From positions 15,150 to 79,149 of the forward strand of contig CBDANQ010000051.1 of the NCBI GenBank assembly GCA_965197725.1: a stretch of DNA of 64,000 bases, given 5' to 3'. Origin of the DNA: Longimicrobiales bacterium. Its GTDB lineage: Bacteria; Gemmatimonadota; Gemmatimonadetes; Longimicrobiales; Gaopeijiaceae. Made by a program: the position numbers and the translations under genes. This document shows, one piece after another, positions 22,083 through 32,112 of the stretch. Numbering within the stretch: position 1 is the first letter of the stretch; the number at the start of each line of letters is the position of its first letter. A model generated the notes under the pieces. It saw nothing but the letters and a program-made list of their open reading frames with translations. It had not been told where the DNA came from and did not search any database.

Positions 22083-23037
22083 CGCCATGCACCTAGAGTT
22101 CGAGCGCGACATCATGGAAGTCCAGGCCCAGATCGACAGACTGCTCGATCTGGCCGACCGAAGGGGCATCGACGTCACCGATGAGGTGGAGCTCCTGAGA
22201 GCCAAGCTCAGGGAGCTCAGAGGGCAGACTTACGAAAACCTGCGACCCATCGAGCAGGTTCAGGTCGCTCGTCATCCCCAGCGTCCGTATACGCTCGACT
22301 ACATCGAACGGATCTTCACGGATTGGCTCGAGCTCCACGGAGACCGTGCGTTTCGTGACGACGAAGCGATCGTGGGCGGTTGGGCCCGGCTGTGCGGGAC
22401 GTCCGTCATGGTCATCGGCCACCAGAAAGGCCGGGACATGAAGGACAACCTGCGCCGCAACTTCGGAATGCCGCACCCGGAAGGGTACCGGAAGGCGCTC
22501 CGTCTCATGAAGCAGGCGGAAAAATTCGGGAGGCCCGTGATCACCCTGATCGACACGCCTGGGGCGTATCCCGGCATTGGCGCCGAAGAGCGTGGACAGG
22601 CCGAAGCGATCGCGAGCAATCTGCGCGAGATGGCCCGTCTGCGGAGCCCGCTCATCAGCGTCGTGGTCGGCGAGGGTGGATCGGGCGGGGCTCTGGCGCT
22701 CGGGGTCACCGACCGCATCTTGATGCTTGAGCACTCGGTCTACTCGGTCATCTCCCCTGAGGGGTGCGCGTCGATCCTATGGCGTTCCGCCGAGCATCGC
22801 GAAAGGGCTGCGACGGCGCTGCGGCTCACGTCCAAGGACCTGGTGGAGTTGGGCATTTGCGACGAGGTCATTGACGAGCCCCTGGGCGGTGCGCATGCCG
22901 ACTGGGACGTCACCGCCGAACGGGTCGGGGACGCGCTGGAGCGTCACCTGAACCACCTGAGTGCGCTGTCCCCCGAGGCCCTGCTCGAGAGCCGGTGGGC
23001 CAAGTACGCGGCCATCGGCGCGTGGTACGAGGCCTAG
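22075..23037 (+). CDS. accA: Acetyl-CoA carboxylase carboxyltransferase alpha subunit
   Basis: ARHPQRP, ELHGDR, GHQKG, PEGYRKALR, IDTPGAYPG, AEERGQ, GEGGSGGAL. Start may be ATG at 22087. Confidence 0.96.
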   Translation: MSSAMHLEFERDIMEVQAQIDRLLDLADRRGIDVTDEVELLRAKLRELRGQTYENLRPIEQVQVARHPQRPYTLDYIERIFTDWLELHGDRAFRDDEAIVGGWARLCGTSVMVIGHQKGRDMKDNLRRNFGMPHPEGYRKALRLMKQAEKFGRPVITLIDTPGAYPGIGAEERGQAEAIASNLREMARLRSPLISVVVGEGGSGGALALGVTDRILMLEHSVYSVISPEGCASILWRSAEHRERAATALRLTSKDLVELGICDEVIDEPLGGAHADWDVTAERVGDALERHLNHLSALSPEALLESRWAKYAAIGAWYEA

Positions 23038-23045
23038 GAAACCAA

Positions 23046-23891
23046 GTGCCGGGCTTCGCTGAGATCAGCTTCAAGGGCACGCGCAAGGACTACTACGCGT
23101 ATCAGGGCCTCGACCTGCGTCCGGGTCAGCACGTGATCGTCGAGGCCGATCGTGGTGAGGACATGGGTGAAGTGTCCGCGGTTGGGGCAATCGCCGAGAG
23201 GAAGTGCTCATCGTCGAGCGGCGGCTGCGCCACCCCGGCCCCCGAACGCCGAGTGCTCCGCTTCGCACGCGCGGACGAAGCCTCGCGGGCGCAAACGCTT
23301 CGCACGGACGAGGATCGAGTGCGTTCGCAAGCACGAACCCTCGTCGCGAAGCACGAGCTCAAGATGAAGGTCACCGAGGCCGAGTGGCAGTTCGATCGCA
23401 ACAAGCTGATCATCTACTTCACGGCAGAGAAACGAGTCGACTTCCGGCAGCTCGTGCGCGACCTGGCCCGCACCTTCCGGACGCGCATCGAACTCAAGCA
23501 GATCGGCGCGCGCGACGAGGCCGCGCTGCTCGGCGGTGTTGGACGTTGCGGCCGGGAGCTGTGCTCCTCGACCTGGCTACCCGAACTCAAGCCGGTTTCC
23601 CTCCAGCTCGCCAAGGACCAGCACCTCTCACTGAATCCCGCGCAGATCAGTGGCTGCTGCGGACGCCTCATGTGCTGCCTGATGTACGAGCACCGTACGT
23701 ACGTCGAGGCCAGACGGCGGTTCCCCAGGGAGGGACAAAGGATCCGCACCGCGATGGGGCACGAGCGAGTAGCCGCCGTGGACATCTGGAACGACACGGT
23801 CTCGCTCAAGAACGACGAGGGCGAGCGGCGCACGATCTCGCTGGACGAACTGAAGGGCGAGGTCAGCCAGCCACCGGGGGAGTCACCTTGA
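23046..23891 (+). CDS. ricT: PSP1-domain / RicT (YaaT) family Fe-S protein
   Basis: YFTAEKRVDFRQLV, RIELKQIGARDEA, CGRELCS, ISGCCGRLMCCL; directly upstream of metG. Confidence 0.88.
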   Translation: MPGFAEISFKGTRKDYYAYQGLDLRPGQHVIVEADRGEDMGEVSAVGAIAERKCSSSSGGCATPAPERRVLRFARADEASRAQTLRTDEDRVRSQARTLVAKHELKMKVTEAEWQFDRNKLIIYFTAEKRVDFRQLVRDLARTFRTRIELKQIGARDEAALLGGVGRCGRELCSSTWLPELKPVSLQLAKDQHLSLNPAQISGCCGRLMCCLMYEHRTYVEARRRFPREGQRIRTAMGHERVAAVDIWNDTVSLKNDEGERRTISLDELKGEVSQPPGESP

Positions 23892-25432
23892 CGGAGCCAC
23901 GGCGGAGGTACATCACCACGCCGATCTATTATGCGTCTGGCGACCCCCACATCGGGCATGGCTACACGACGATCCTCTCAGATATACTCGCGCGCTTCGA
24001 GCGGCAGAACGGTACTGACGTCTTGTTCCTCACGGGCACGGACGAGCACGGCCCCAAGATCCAGGACGAAGCCGAACGCCGAGGGATGCAGCCGTTGGAG
24101 CTGTGCGACCTCATGGCCGAACGCTTCTCAGCCGCATGGACGACGCTCGGCATCTCTCACGACCGTTTCATCCGGACGACCGAAGCCGAGCACAAGTCGA
24201 TCGTCACCGCGTTCCTGCAGCGCCTCTGGGACCGCGGCCAGATCTATCAGGCTCCCTATTCCGGATGGTACTGCATCTACGAGGAGCGGTTCTGGACCGA
24301 TAAGGACCTGGGTCCGGACAATACGTGCCCCGACTGCGGTCGGGCCGTCAATCATCTGGAAGAGACGAACTATTTCTTCAAGATGGGCGAGTACCAAGCG
24401 ACGCTGATCGCACACATCGAACAGAACCCCGACTGGATCGTGCCGGAGGAGCGGAAGCACGAGGTTTTGGGCTTCCTCCAGAACCCGCTCGGAGACCTCT
24501 CGCTCTCGAGACCAAAGTCGCGTGTCAATTGGGGCATCACCCTACCGTTCGACGAAGACCACACGGTATACGTGTGGGTCGACGCGCTGATTAACTACCT
24601 CACCGCCTCCGGCGCGATCGATCCGACTCGGCCCGTCGGTGAGCAGGGCTTCGAAGACGTGTCCGGCTCCTGGTGGCCCTGCGACTTGCACCTGGTCGGC
24701 AAGGATATCATCACCACGCACGCCGTGTACTGGCCGACGCTTCTGATGGGCGTTGGCCTGCCGCTGCCTGAGCAGATCCTGGCTCACGGTTGGTGGTTGG
24801 TCGGTGATACTAAGATGTCGAAGTCGTTCGGGAATGTGATCGACCCGCTCGCGCTGAGCGACGAATTCGGTACCGACGCGGTACGCTGGTACCTCCTCCG
24901 AGAGATGCCCACCGGCGCCGACGCCTCATACACGGCCGAGCGCTTCATGACCCGATACGAAGAGCTAGCGAACGTGCTTGGAAACCTCGTGAGTCGAGTT
25001 ATCTCCATGGTTGGCAAGTATCGCGACGGGGTCGTCCCGGATGCGCGCGGGACGGGGCTCGACGAGCAGATCAAGGCCACGTTCGCGACCGCACGTCACG
25101 CGATGGCGCGCTACAAGGTGCACGAGGCGCTCGCGGCCGCGATGGACTTGGCGCGGACAGCCAACGGATACGTCGAAGATCGTCAACCGTGGTCGCAAGC
25201 CAAAGACCCAGCGGCAGCTTCGGAGTTGGACGAGACGCTCGCGAGCCTGTGTCGGGTTCTCGCAGCTCTGTGTGCGCTCTTCGAGCCCGTGGCGCCTCAT
25301 AAGATGGCCGAGCTGTCCGCACGGCTGGGGCTGGGCGCAGTCCCGACGCTGGATGAAGCGCGAGCCGTCTCCCTGGCAGGCCAAACCGTCTCGAAGGGGA
25401 GCCCCCTCTTCCCCCGCGTAGACCCTGCTTGA
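23888..25432 (+). CDS. metG: Methionine--tRNA ligase (short form, no C-terminal tRNA-binding appendix)
   Basis: YITTPIYY, HIGH, GTDEHG, YVWVDALINY, KMSKS; TTG start overlaps the ricT stop. Confidence 0.95.
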   Translation: MTEPRRRYITTPIYYASGDPHIGHGYTTILSDILARFERQNGTDVLFLTGTDEHGPKIQDEAERRGMQPLELCDLMAERFSAAWTTLGISHDRFIRTTEAEHKSIVTAFLQRLWDRGQIYQAPYSGWYCIYEERFWTDKDLGPDNTCPDCGRAVNHLEETNYFFKMGEYQATLIAHIEQNPDWIVPEERKHEVLGFLQNPLGDLSLSRPKSRVNWGITLPFDEDHTVYVWVDALINYLTASGAIDPTRPVGEQGFEDVSGSWWPCDLHLVGKDIITTHAVYWPTLLMGVGLPLPEQILAHGWWLVGDTKMSKSFGNVIDPLALSDEFGTDAVRWYLLREMPTGADASYTAERFMTRYEELANVLGNLVSRVISMVGKYRDGVVPDARGTGLDEQIKATFATARHAMARYKVHEALAAAMDLARTANGYVEDRQPWSQAKDPAAASELDETLASLCRVLAALCALFEPVAPHKMAELSARLGLGAVPTLDEARAVSLAGQTVSKGSPLFPRVDPA

Positions 25433-25521
25433 CCCTTCGCCCCGGCTTGACGAGGAGCGAACGCGGCCTTCTTTTCCGTGCTGCGGGTGCCCCATTACGT
25501 GAATCGCTACAAAGGCGCCGA

Positions 25522-26457
25522 ATGCCCGGTGATCGGTGGACCTTCCTCGTTGTCCGTGGCGAGGACAGCCCGGTCAGGCAGTACTCGTTCTCCTCTCGCT
25601 TCCTACGCGGCGCGCTGGGAGGGGTCGCCACCCTCGCGCTACTGCTCGTGGGGTATGCGCTGGCCGTCGGCATCGACGGCTATTCGCGCGTCCGCGCCAG
25701 CCGCCTCGAGGCCCGAAACGAAGCGCTTCGCATAGAGTTTGAGCAGTTCCAACGCCGGATCGATCTTCTCGAGGGCACTCTCGACGAGGTCGCGGCTAAC
25801 GATGCCCGGTTCCGTGGCATCGCCGGACTCGAATCGATCGATCCCGAAGTCCTGCAGGCAGGTGTCGGCGGCCCGGGGCTCGGTTCCCCCGAAAGCTACG
25901 CGCTCTGGTCCGTAGACCCGGTCGCCTCGAGGACCGCCTTCGCGGTCTCGTACGATCTCAACGAGCTCGAACGCCGGGCGCGGCTGCTCTCGGCGAGCCT
26001 CGCCGAAGCGACGGACTCGGTGCTCGCGCATCGCGACCTGCTCGAGTCGACCCCGTCGATCCTTCCCACCGCGGGTTGGAGGAGTAGCTCGTTCTCGAAG
26101 TCCCGCATGCACCCCATCCACAACCGCCCACTTCCGCACCCCGGCATCGACATCTCGGCGATCAAGGGCACGTCGATTTTCGCGGCAGCCAAAGGCCGAG
26201 TGGTCCGCTCCGGCTGGGTCGTCGGGTACGGGCTCACCATCGAGATCGATCACGGCTTCGGATACACGACTCTCTATGGTCACGCCGCCAAGATCATCGC
26301 CCAGCGAGGCAAACAAGTGAAGCGTGGGGACGTGATCGCGCAGGTAGGAAGCACCGGGATCGCGACCTCCGCGCACCTGCACTATGAGGTGCGCGTGAAC
26401 GGTGTGGCTCAGAACCCCGAGAACTTCATCCTACCCGAACAGGTAATACGATACTGA
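25522..26457 (+). CDS. M23-family metallopeptidase with N-terminal TM and coiled coil
   Basis: HPGIDI, YGH, HLHYEV motifs. Confidence 0.92.
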   Translation: MPGDRWTFLVVRGEDSPVRQYSFSSRFLRGALGGVATLALLLVGYALAVGIDGYSRVRASRLEARNEALRIEFEQFQRRIDLLEGTLDEVAANDARFRGIAGLESIDPEVLQAGVGGPGLGSPESYALWSVDPVASRTAFAVSYDLNELERRARLLSASLAEATDSVLAHRDLLESTPSILPTAGWRSSSFSKSRMHPIHNRPLPHPGIDISAIKGTSIFAAAKGRVVRSGWVVGYGLTIEIDHGFGYTTLYGHAAKIIAQRGKQVKRGDVIAQVGSTGIATSAHLHYEVRVNGVAQNPENFILPEQVIRY

Positions 26458-26482
26458 GCCGCTCGAGAGGTCCGAAGTTCCC

Positions 26483-26506
26483 AGGGCGCCCTCGGGCGCC
26501 CTTTCT
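26483..26506 (+). terminator. Probable intrinsic terminator
   Basis: AGGGCGCCC-TC-GGGCGCCCT followed by TTCT, 25 bp after the M23 stop; short U tail. Confidence 0.55.
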
Positions 26507-26527
26507 GCTGTCATTAGAGGACTGTTC

Positions 26528-27727
26528 ATGCGGGTTGTTCCGAGCCTACTACTGCTTCTAGCACCTCCCGTCTCCCTACACGCGCAGGCAAGTGACGCGG
26601 CCTTTGCCCCGGACACGATCGTGCAGATGCCGGGCGGCCCGCGCGTCGTCCTGCTACGCGCCGAGGCCGGGGGGGGCGCCGCGCTCAGACTCTCCGTACC
26701 GTTCATCGAGAGTGCTGCGGAGGCGGGCGCCGGCCGGATGCTGGCCGCGCTGGCGGAGCACCGCATGCTGGGACCGGCCCGCCAGCTTGGCGCCCGCGTC
26801 TCCGCCAGCCGGACGCCGTGGGGCCTGGCGTATTCGGTGGAAGGCGCCGAAGTCGATCTCGACTACCTGACGTACTTGCTCCGGCTCGCAACCGCAGAGC
26901 CTCGTCCGGAAAGCGGCCTGCTGGAGGCCATCCGGGCTGAGCTCATCGGGGATCTGGAGCGTCAGGCCGAGTCCCCGGGCGATCGCCTGCTCGCGGACCT
27001 TCGCGGCGCGGCGGCGCCGGAGCTCACACCGTTGGCGGGATCGCGCGGCTCGGTTCGTCTCCTCAACGAAGCTCGGCTACGGGCGGTATGGCGGAGGACC
27101 CATCGTGGTATGTCGATGTCGCTCGTGGCGATGACGTCCGCGAGTCCAGCGGCGCTTCTCGCGATGCTCGAAGCGATCGGTCTCCCAGCAGGCCAAGTGG
27201 CGGCTCCGCTGAACGCTCCAGGCCCGCGAGGGGGGAGCATCGATCCGCTTCCTCTGCGAAGCTGGTACGGGGAGGCCCGAGTCGACCACGCGGTGGCGGA
27301 TCCGCACGCGACGGTCGCCGCGCACCTCATCTCACAAAGCGTCACAGACGTGGGTCCAGGGGTTGAAGTCGGCGTGCGCATCTGGCAGCTCCGTGACAGG
27401 ACCTTGCTCGTGGTCGCGGGCGCGGCCGGGAGCCGGCGAGCCGCCGCTTCCCTCAGAGAGGCAGTGCAGGCGGCGTTCGGTGACGTTGCGGCTTCGCTCG
27501 ACGCACGAGAGGTCGAGGACGCAGTCGATCGTGTGGGCCGCGAGTATCGGACTCGCGCTCGCACACCCGGGGGTCTCGTCGAGCAGGTAGGCCGCATGGC
27601 CGATAGCACGGGCGGCCCGTCGGACGCGTCGCGGTATCTCGCCAGGTTGGCCCGCGTGACCGCCGCAAGTCTCGCCGCCTACCTCGACGGCCTGGGGATG
27701 TCCGTCGTGGTGGAGCTTCTGCCATGA
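26528..27727 (+). CDS. Exported M16 (insulinase)-like protein lacking HXXEH
   Basis: Signal peptide; insulinase-like layout (GPRVVLLR, LGARVSAS, MSLVA, LARVTAASL); no HXXEH. Confidence 0.62.
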   Translation: MRVVPSLLLLLAPPVSLHAQASDAAFAPDTIVQMPGGPRVVLLRAEAGGGAALRLSVPFIESAAEAGAGRMLAALAEHRMLGPARQLGARVSASRTPWGLAYSVEGAEVDLDYLTYLLRLATAEPRPESGLLEAIRAELIGDLERQAESPGDRLLADLRGAAAPELTPLAGSRGSVRLLNEARLRAVWRRTHRGMSMSLVAMTSASPAALLAMLEAIGLPAGQVAAPLNAPGPRGGSIDPLPLRSWYGEARVDHAVADPHATVAAHLISQSVTDVGPGVEVGVRIWQLRDRTLLVVAGAAGSRRAAASLREAVQAAFGDVAASLDAREVEDAVDRVGREYRTRARTPGGLVEQVGRMADSTGGPSDASRYLARLARVTAASLAAYLDGLGMSVVVELLP

Positions 27728-28944
27728 AGACATGTCGCTCGTCCGCCGTAACAGGAGGGTTGCTCGCCGCGTTGATCGGCGCCTGCGTTTCGCCCCTTCC
27801 AGGCCAATCCACCGCCTACGCCGCGGTGAGCGTCGACGACGGAAACCGGGCCCCGCTGGTCGTCATTGGCACCCGCCTGCCGATCGGTTCGCGGCACGAT
27901 GCAGCGGGCCTCGAAGGAACCGCGTGGCTGCTCGGCAAGACCCTGGCCACCCACGCGAACGCGGCGCTGGGTCCGGAGGCTGAGGTCACGGTCGATGTCG
28001 GGAGGTCGTCGACGCTGTTCATCCTGTCCGTGCTGCCCGGCGCGTGGCCGGTCGCGTGGGCGACCTTCGAGCAGACTCTCTTCGAAGCGTCGCTCGACTC
28101 GGCCGCGTTCGAGCGGGAGCGGTCTACGCTGTCCACACGGGTGCTTTTCCAGAGAGGATCCCCGGCGCTGGATTCCGAACGGAGGACGGTGCAGCTCGTT
28201 GCGTCGGCCTCCAGCCCATGGGCCCGGCCCGCGCGCGGCACGCACGAGTCTCTCGAGGCGCTGACGATTCGCGACGCGCAACTTCTCCGCCGTACCGAAT
28301 ACTCGGCCGCATCCTCCGTGGTCGCGGCGGTGGGCCTTGGCGACAACCCGGTCTTGCGTGATCACCCACCCCGGCTCGTGACCTCTCCGCCCGAGGGACC
28401 AGCATGGACCGTCGGCACGCTGCTCAATGTCACCCAGGAAGTCACTAGCAGTTGGATCTCGGTTGCGTACCCGGTGGAGGGCCCGCTGCCTCGAACCGCG
28501 TTGGAGTTCGTCGCACACCTCATCCGCTGGCGACTGGACCCGCTCCCGGCGGACCCGAGCCGATATGGAATCGAAGTGAGCTTGGTAGACGCGCCCCTCG
28601 GTGCGGTGATCGCGGTGGAGGCCGCCGTGACTCCGGAGGCGTCGGAGCGGTTCGAGCAAGAAATCCTGCAGGTCGTGTCCAGCCTGGCGGAGGAGCCACC
28701 TGAAGGTGACTTCTTCACATGGGACCGTCGGCGCTTTCGCGCCGCCCGGCTCCTCACCGAGGCAGCTCCCGAGCGCGCCGTGGCCAGGATCACATCGGAT
28801 CTGATGCGCGACGGCCAGAGCCGCGACGTGGCCGAGGACATTTGGGAGATCACGCCCGAGGCGGTGGCGCGCGCGCTGCGTGCGCTCGGCGATCCGCGAG
28901 TCTTGAGGCTGGGTCCGGACCTCGGAGCTCGCAGTTCACGCTGA
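27724..28944 (+). CDS. Exported M16 (insulinase)-like protein lacking HXXEH
   Basis: GSRHDAAGLEGTAWLLGK aligns with GSxxDPxGxEGxAHxxEH; PWARPARGTHESL; ITPEAV; ATGA-coupled to the previous gene. Confidence 0.7.
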   Translation: MKTCRSSAVTGGLLAALIGACVSPLPGQSTAYAAVSVDDGNRAPLVVIGTRLPIGSRHDAAGLEGTAWLLGKTLATHANAALGPEAEVTVDVGRSSTLFILSVLPGAWPVAWATFEQTLFEASLDSAAFERERSTLSTRVLFQRGSPALDSERRTVQLVASASSPWARPARGTHESLEALTIRDAQLLRRTEYSAASSVVAAVGLGDNPVLRDHPPRLVTSPPEGPAWTVGTLLNVTQEVTSSWISVAYPVEGPLPRTALEFVAHLIRWRLDPLPADPSRYGIEVSLVDAPLGAVIAVEAAVTPEASERFEQEILQVVSSLAEEPPEGDFFTWDRRRFRAARLLTEAAPERAVARITSDLMRDGQSRDVAEDIWEITPEAVARALRALGDPRVLRLGPDLGARSSR

Positions 28945-29087
28945 AGTCAGCCATGCGTACGCTCGAAGCCGGCGACGCCAAGGGGAGGATTGTCTGGGGG
29001 TTCTTGTCCCGCGAAAGCTTGATGCATGTTTTCCCGCGCTGTACCTTCGGGCGCTTGTTCCCCGAGTAAACTAGACGGAGTTTGTCT

Positions 29088-29870
29088 ATGAGGCGTAGCG
29101 CCCTCCCGTTTGCCATGAGCCTGCTTCTCGCCGCCGCAGCGTGCGGGCCGGCGGAGGTAGTGGTGACGATAGAGATCGATGTCGACGACCCCGACGGGGA
29201 CGGCACCATCACGCGTGCCCTCTCCGAAGTCGAGGTTCGGCTTGTTCCGTATGATCGCGATGCGGTCTTCGACTCGATGACCGCCGCGTTCGGTACGCCA
29301 GAGCCCCCGGTCCCCGAAGATTTGGTCGCGGCCCGTGACGAGGTTCGCATGGCGCAGGAGGCATGGCAGCAGGCGCAGACTCGCTGGAATACGATCAGAG
29401 ACACACTCCAGAAGCTGAACACCGCCCTTGAGGGGTACAGTCGAGGTGAGGCCCGGTACACCGCCCTTTTCCGCGAGTGGAATGACTTCGACGCGGAGCT
29501 CGGCGGCGTTGATCGGCAGATGACCCAATCGTTCGACAGCTTCACTGAGTTGCAACAGGGTACCATACGCGCTTCGGACTCGGTTCGCATCCTCCGGGAA
29601 AACTGGGGAGACGAAGCCTTCGCCGGGGTGGGTGAGATCTTCCTCGCCAAGAGCCGGGCGTCCGGCCTCCAGGAAGCGACGGACACCACCGACGCCATGG
29701 GTGTCGCGCGCACGCACCTCCAGGTAGCACCCGGCCAATACTGGGTACATGCCCGCTACGAGCTCGCGTACACGGAGCTGTACTGGAACGTCATGATCAC
29801 AGTCGAGAGAGGCGAGCCCATCCAGGTTCGGCTTAGTGGAGAGAATGCCGACGAGCGCATCAAGCTCTAG
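29088..29870 (+). CDS. Hypothetical lipoprotein with a central coiled coil
   Basis: Lipobox AAAC; helical centre; beta-rich end PGQYWVHARY...WNV. Confidence 0.7.
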   Translation: MRRSALPFAMSLLLAAAACGPAEVVVTIEIDVDDPDGDGTITRALSEVEVRLVPYDRDAVFDSMTAAFGTPEPPVPEDLVAARDEVRMAQEAWQQAQTRWNTIRDTLQKLNTALEGYSRGEARYTALFREWNDFDAELGGVDRQMTQSFDSFTELQQGTIRASDSVRILRENWGDEAFAGVGEIFLAKSRASGLQEATDTTDAMGVARTHLQVAPGQYWVHARYELAYTELYWNVMITVERGEPIQVRLSGENADERIKL

Positions 29871-29934
29871 AAGGTGGCAGCCCGCTGTACTTGTTCAACA
29901 GTCTTCTAGAAGGGTCGCTAGCGGCGAGAAGTCC

Positions 29935-32112
29935 TTGAGCGTAGCGACGAAAACCAGCGTCTCACCGACGTTCGAGATCGACTCCGACGGCATCGGATGG
30001 ATCACGTTCGACGATCCTGAGCGCAGCCTGAACGTTCTGGCAGAGCCTGTAATGCGGCGCTTCGCAGAGACGCTCGGCAGTGCCCGGGCGGCCGGTCGAG
30101 AGGGCCAGGTCAAGGTGGTCGTGATCCGTAGCGGTAAGTCCGGCTCGTTCATCGCCGGGGCCGACGTTGATCAGATCGCCCAACTCGAGGATCCCTCAGA
30201 CGCCGAGCAGAAGATCCGGCTGGGTCAGGCGATCTTCATGGACGTCGAGACGCTCCCGGTTCCGACCGTCGCGGCGATCCATGGGGTCTGCTTGGGCGGC
30301 GGCGTCGAGGTGGCGCTGGCGTGCACGCATCGCGTTCTGTCCGATTCGAAGAAGACAAAGATCGGGCTGCCCGAGGTCATGCTCGGCATTCTGCCCGCCT
30401 GGGGCGGCACGACCCGCCTGCCCCGCCTCGTCGGCCTGCAGGCCGCCCTCGACTTGCTGCTCACAGGAAAGCAGATCGACAGCCGAAAGGCGCGGCGGAT
30501 CGGCTTCGCCGGAGAGGTGTATCCCGAGCACATCTTCGACAAGATGGTCCGCGACTTCGTGCTGAAGGCACGTCGGCAGCCGCGTACCGGGTCCCGGCGC
30601 GAGGCCAAGCTGGTTACGCGCGTCCTCGACGGCACCACGTTGGGGCGCAAGCTCGTGCTACGGACTGCCCGCAAGAAGGTCGTGTCGAGCACGGGTGGGC
30701 ACTATCCGGCACCGCTACGCATCCTGGACATCCTCGACGAATACCAGACTGGGCCCCTCGAGGCGAGCCTGTCGGCGGAGGCGCGCCTCGCGGCGGAGTT
30801 GGTCGTATCTACGGTCAGCAAGAACCTCGTGCACGTCTTTCGCATGCGCGAAGCGGCCCGGAGGGGGACCGGCGTGACGAGTGGCGATGCAGCGCCCAGA
30901 GAGGTGAGAAACCTCGGCGTGCTCGGGGCCGGCATCATGGGGGGCGGCATTGCGCAGTTGGCCGCGTACAACGACGTGCGTGTCTACATGAAGGACATCC
31001 GCCACCACGCGGTGACCGGAGGTCTCCAGCACGCCCGCGATCTCTTCGACAAGGCGGTCAAGCGGCGCAAGCTCTCGACGCGTGAGGCGCGTCAGCGCAT
31101 GGAGATGGTCACTGGCGGTCTCGAGTACCACGGTCTTTCCACCGCGGAATTCGTCGTGGAGGCCGTAGTCGAGCGCATGGACGTGAAGCATGCTGTGCTT
31201 CGAGAAACCGAGCAGAATGTGGACGAGGCCTGCGTGCTCGCGACGAACACGTCGTCGCTCTCCGTGGATGAGATGGCGGGCGCGCTCGAACGTCCCGAGC
31301 GGTTCTGCGGCCTGCACTTCTTCAACCCGGTGCACCGGATGCCACTCGTGGAGGTCATCCGAGGATCCGCGTCGGACGCCGTCACGATCGCGACCGTATA
31401 CGCCTTCGCGCTCGAGCTCGGCAAGGTCCCGGTCGTGGTCGGTGACGGGCCGGGTTTCCTTGTGAATCGCATCCTGGGCCCCTACCTGAACGAGGCTGGC
31501 TTCCTGCTGGGAGACGGGGCGAGCATCCGACAGATCGACGCCCAGGCGAGGCATTTCGGCATGCCGATGGGCCCGCTCCGTCTCATCGACGAAGTGGGCA
31601 TCGACGTCTCGGCCCACGCGGGCGCCGCTCTTCACAAGGGTCTCGGAGAGCGCCTGGCTCCTTCCCCCGTGCTCGTAGCGCTCGGCAGGACCGAGCGCCT
31701 TGGCAGGAAAGGAGGCCGGGGCTTCTACCTGTACGAGAAGGGACGCCAGAAGCAGGTCGACGAATCGGTGTATGCGGAACTCGGAGCGTCGGTGCCCACC
31801 GAGCGACGCAAGCTTCGCGATCGGGACATGCGTGCCCGGCTCGTCGTACAGATGATCAATGAAGCCGCGCGGGCGCTCGACCAGGGTATCGTAAGCACCG
31901 CGGCAGACCTCGACCTCGCGATGATCATGGGCACGGGCTTTCCACCGTTCCGCGGCGGATTACTTCGTTTCGCCGACTCGCTACACCCGAAAGGTGTGCT
32001 CGACCGCGCACGCGAGCTCGAGCAGGCGCATGGAGACCGGTTCGCGCCAGCGGACCTTCTGGTCGAATTGGCGAACAGTGATCGCACGTTCTACGAGGCC
32101 TTCAGTACGTGA
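29935..32112 (+). CDS. fadJ: Fatty-acid oxidation multifunctional enzyme alpha subunit (enoyl-CoA hydratase + 3-hydroxyacyl-CoA dehydrogenase)
   Basis: FIAGAD, CLGGGVE, GLPEVMLG, GAGIMGGGIA, NTSSL, HFFNPVHRMPLVE, GFLVNR, GTGFPPFRGG. Start uncertain; FadJ versus FadB not resolved. Confidence 0.9.
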   Translation: MSVATKTSVSPTFEIDSDGIGWITFDDPERSLNVLAEPVMRRFAETLGSARAAGREGQVKVVVIRSGKSGSFIAGADVDQIAQLEDPSDAEQKIRLGQAIFMDVETLPVPTVAAIHGVCLGGGVEVALACTHRVLSDSKKTKIGLPEVMLGILPAWGGTTRLPRLVGLQAALDLLLTGKQIDSRKARRIGFAGEVYPEHIFDKMVRDFVLKARRQPRTGSRREAKLVTRVLDGTTLGRKLVLRTARKKVVSSTGGHYPAPLRILDILDEYQTGPLEASLSAEARLAAELVVSTVSKNLVHVFRMREAARRGTGVTSGDAAPREVRNLGVLGAGIMGGGIAQLAAYNDVRVYMKDIRHHAVTGGLQHARDLFDKAVKRRKLSTREARQRMEMVTGGLEYHGLSTAEFVVEAVVERMDVKHAVLRETEQNVDEACVLATNTSSLSVDEMAGALERPERFCGLHFFNPVHRMPLVEVIRGSASDAVTIATVYAFALELGKVPVVVGDGPGFLVNRILGPYLNEAGFLLGDGASIRQIDAQARHFGMPMGPLRLIDEVGIDVSAHAGAALHKGLGERLAPSPVLVALGRTERLGRKGGRGFYLYEKGRQKQVDESVYAELGASVPTERRKLRDRDMRARLVVQMINEAARALDQGIVSTAADLDLAMIMGTGFPPFRGGLLRFADSLHPKGVLDRARELEQAHGDRFAPADLLVELANSDRTFYEAFST

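Noticed and set aside
23204..23887. Long N-terminal extensions of MetG (742-aa ORF) and likewise HisD, HisF and rhodanese
   Set aside because: They overlap upstream genes in another frame; the real starts are the coupled codons at 23888, 46358, 50633 and 60078.
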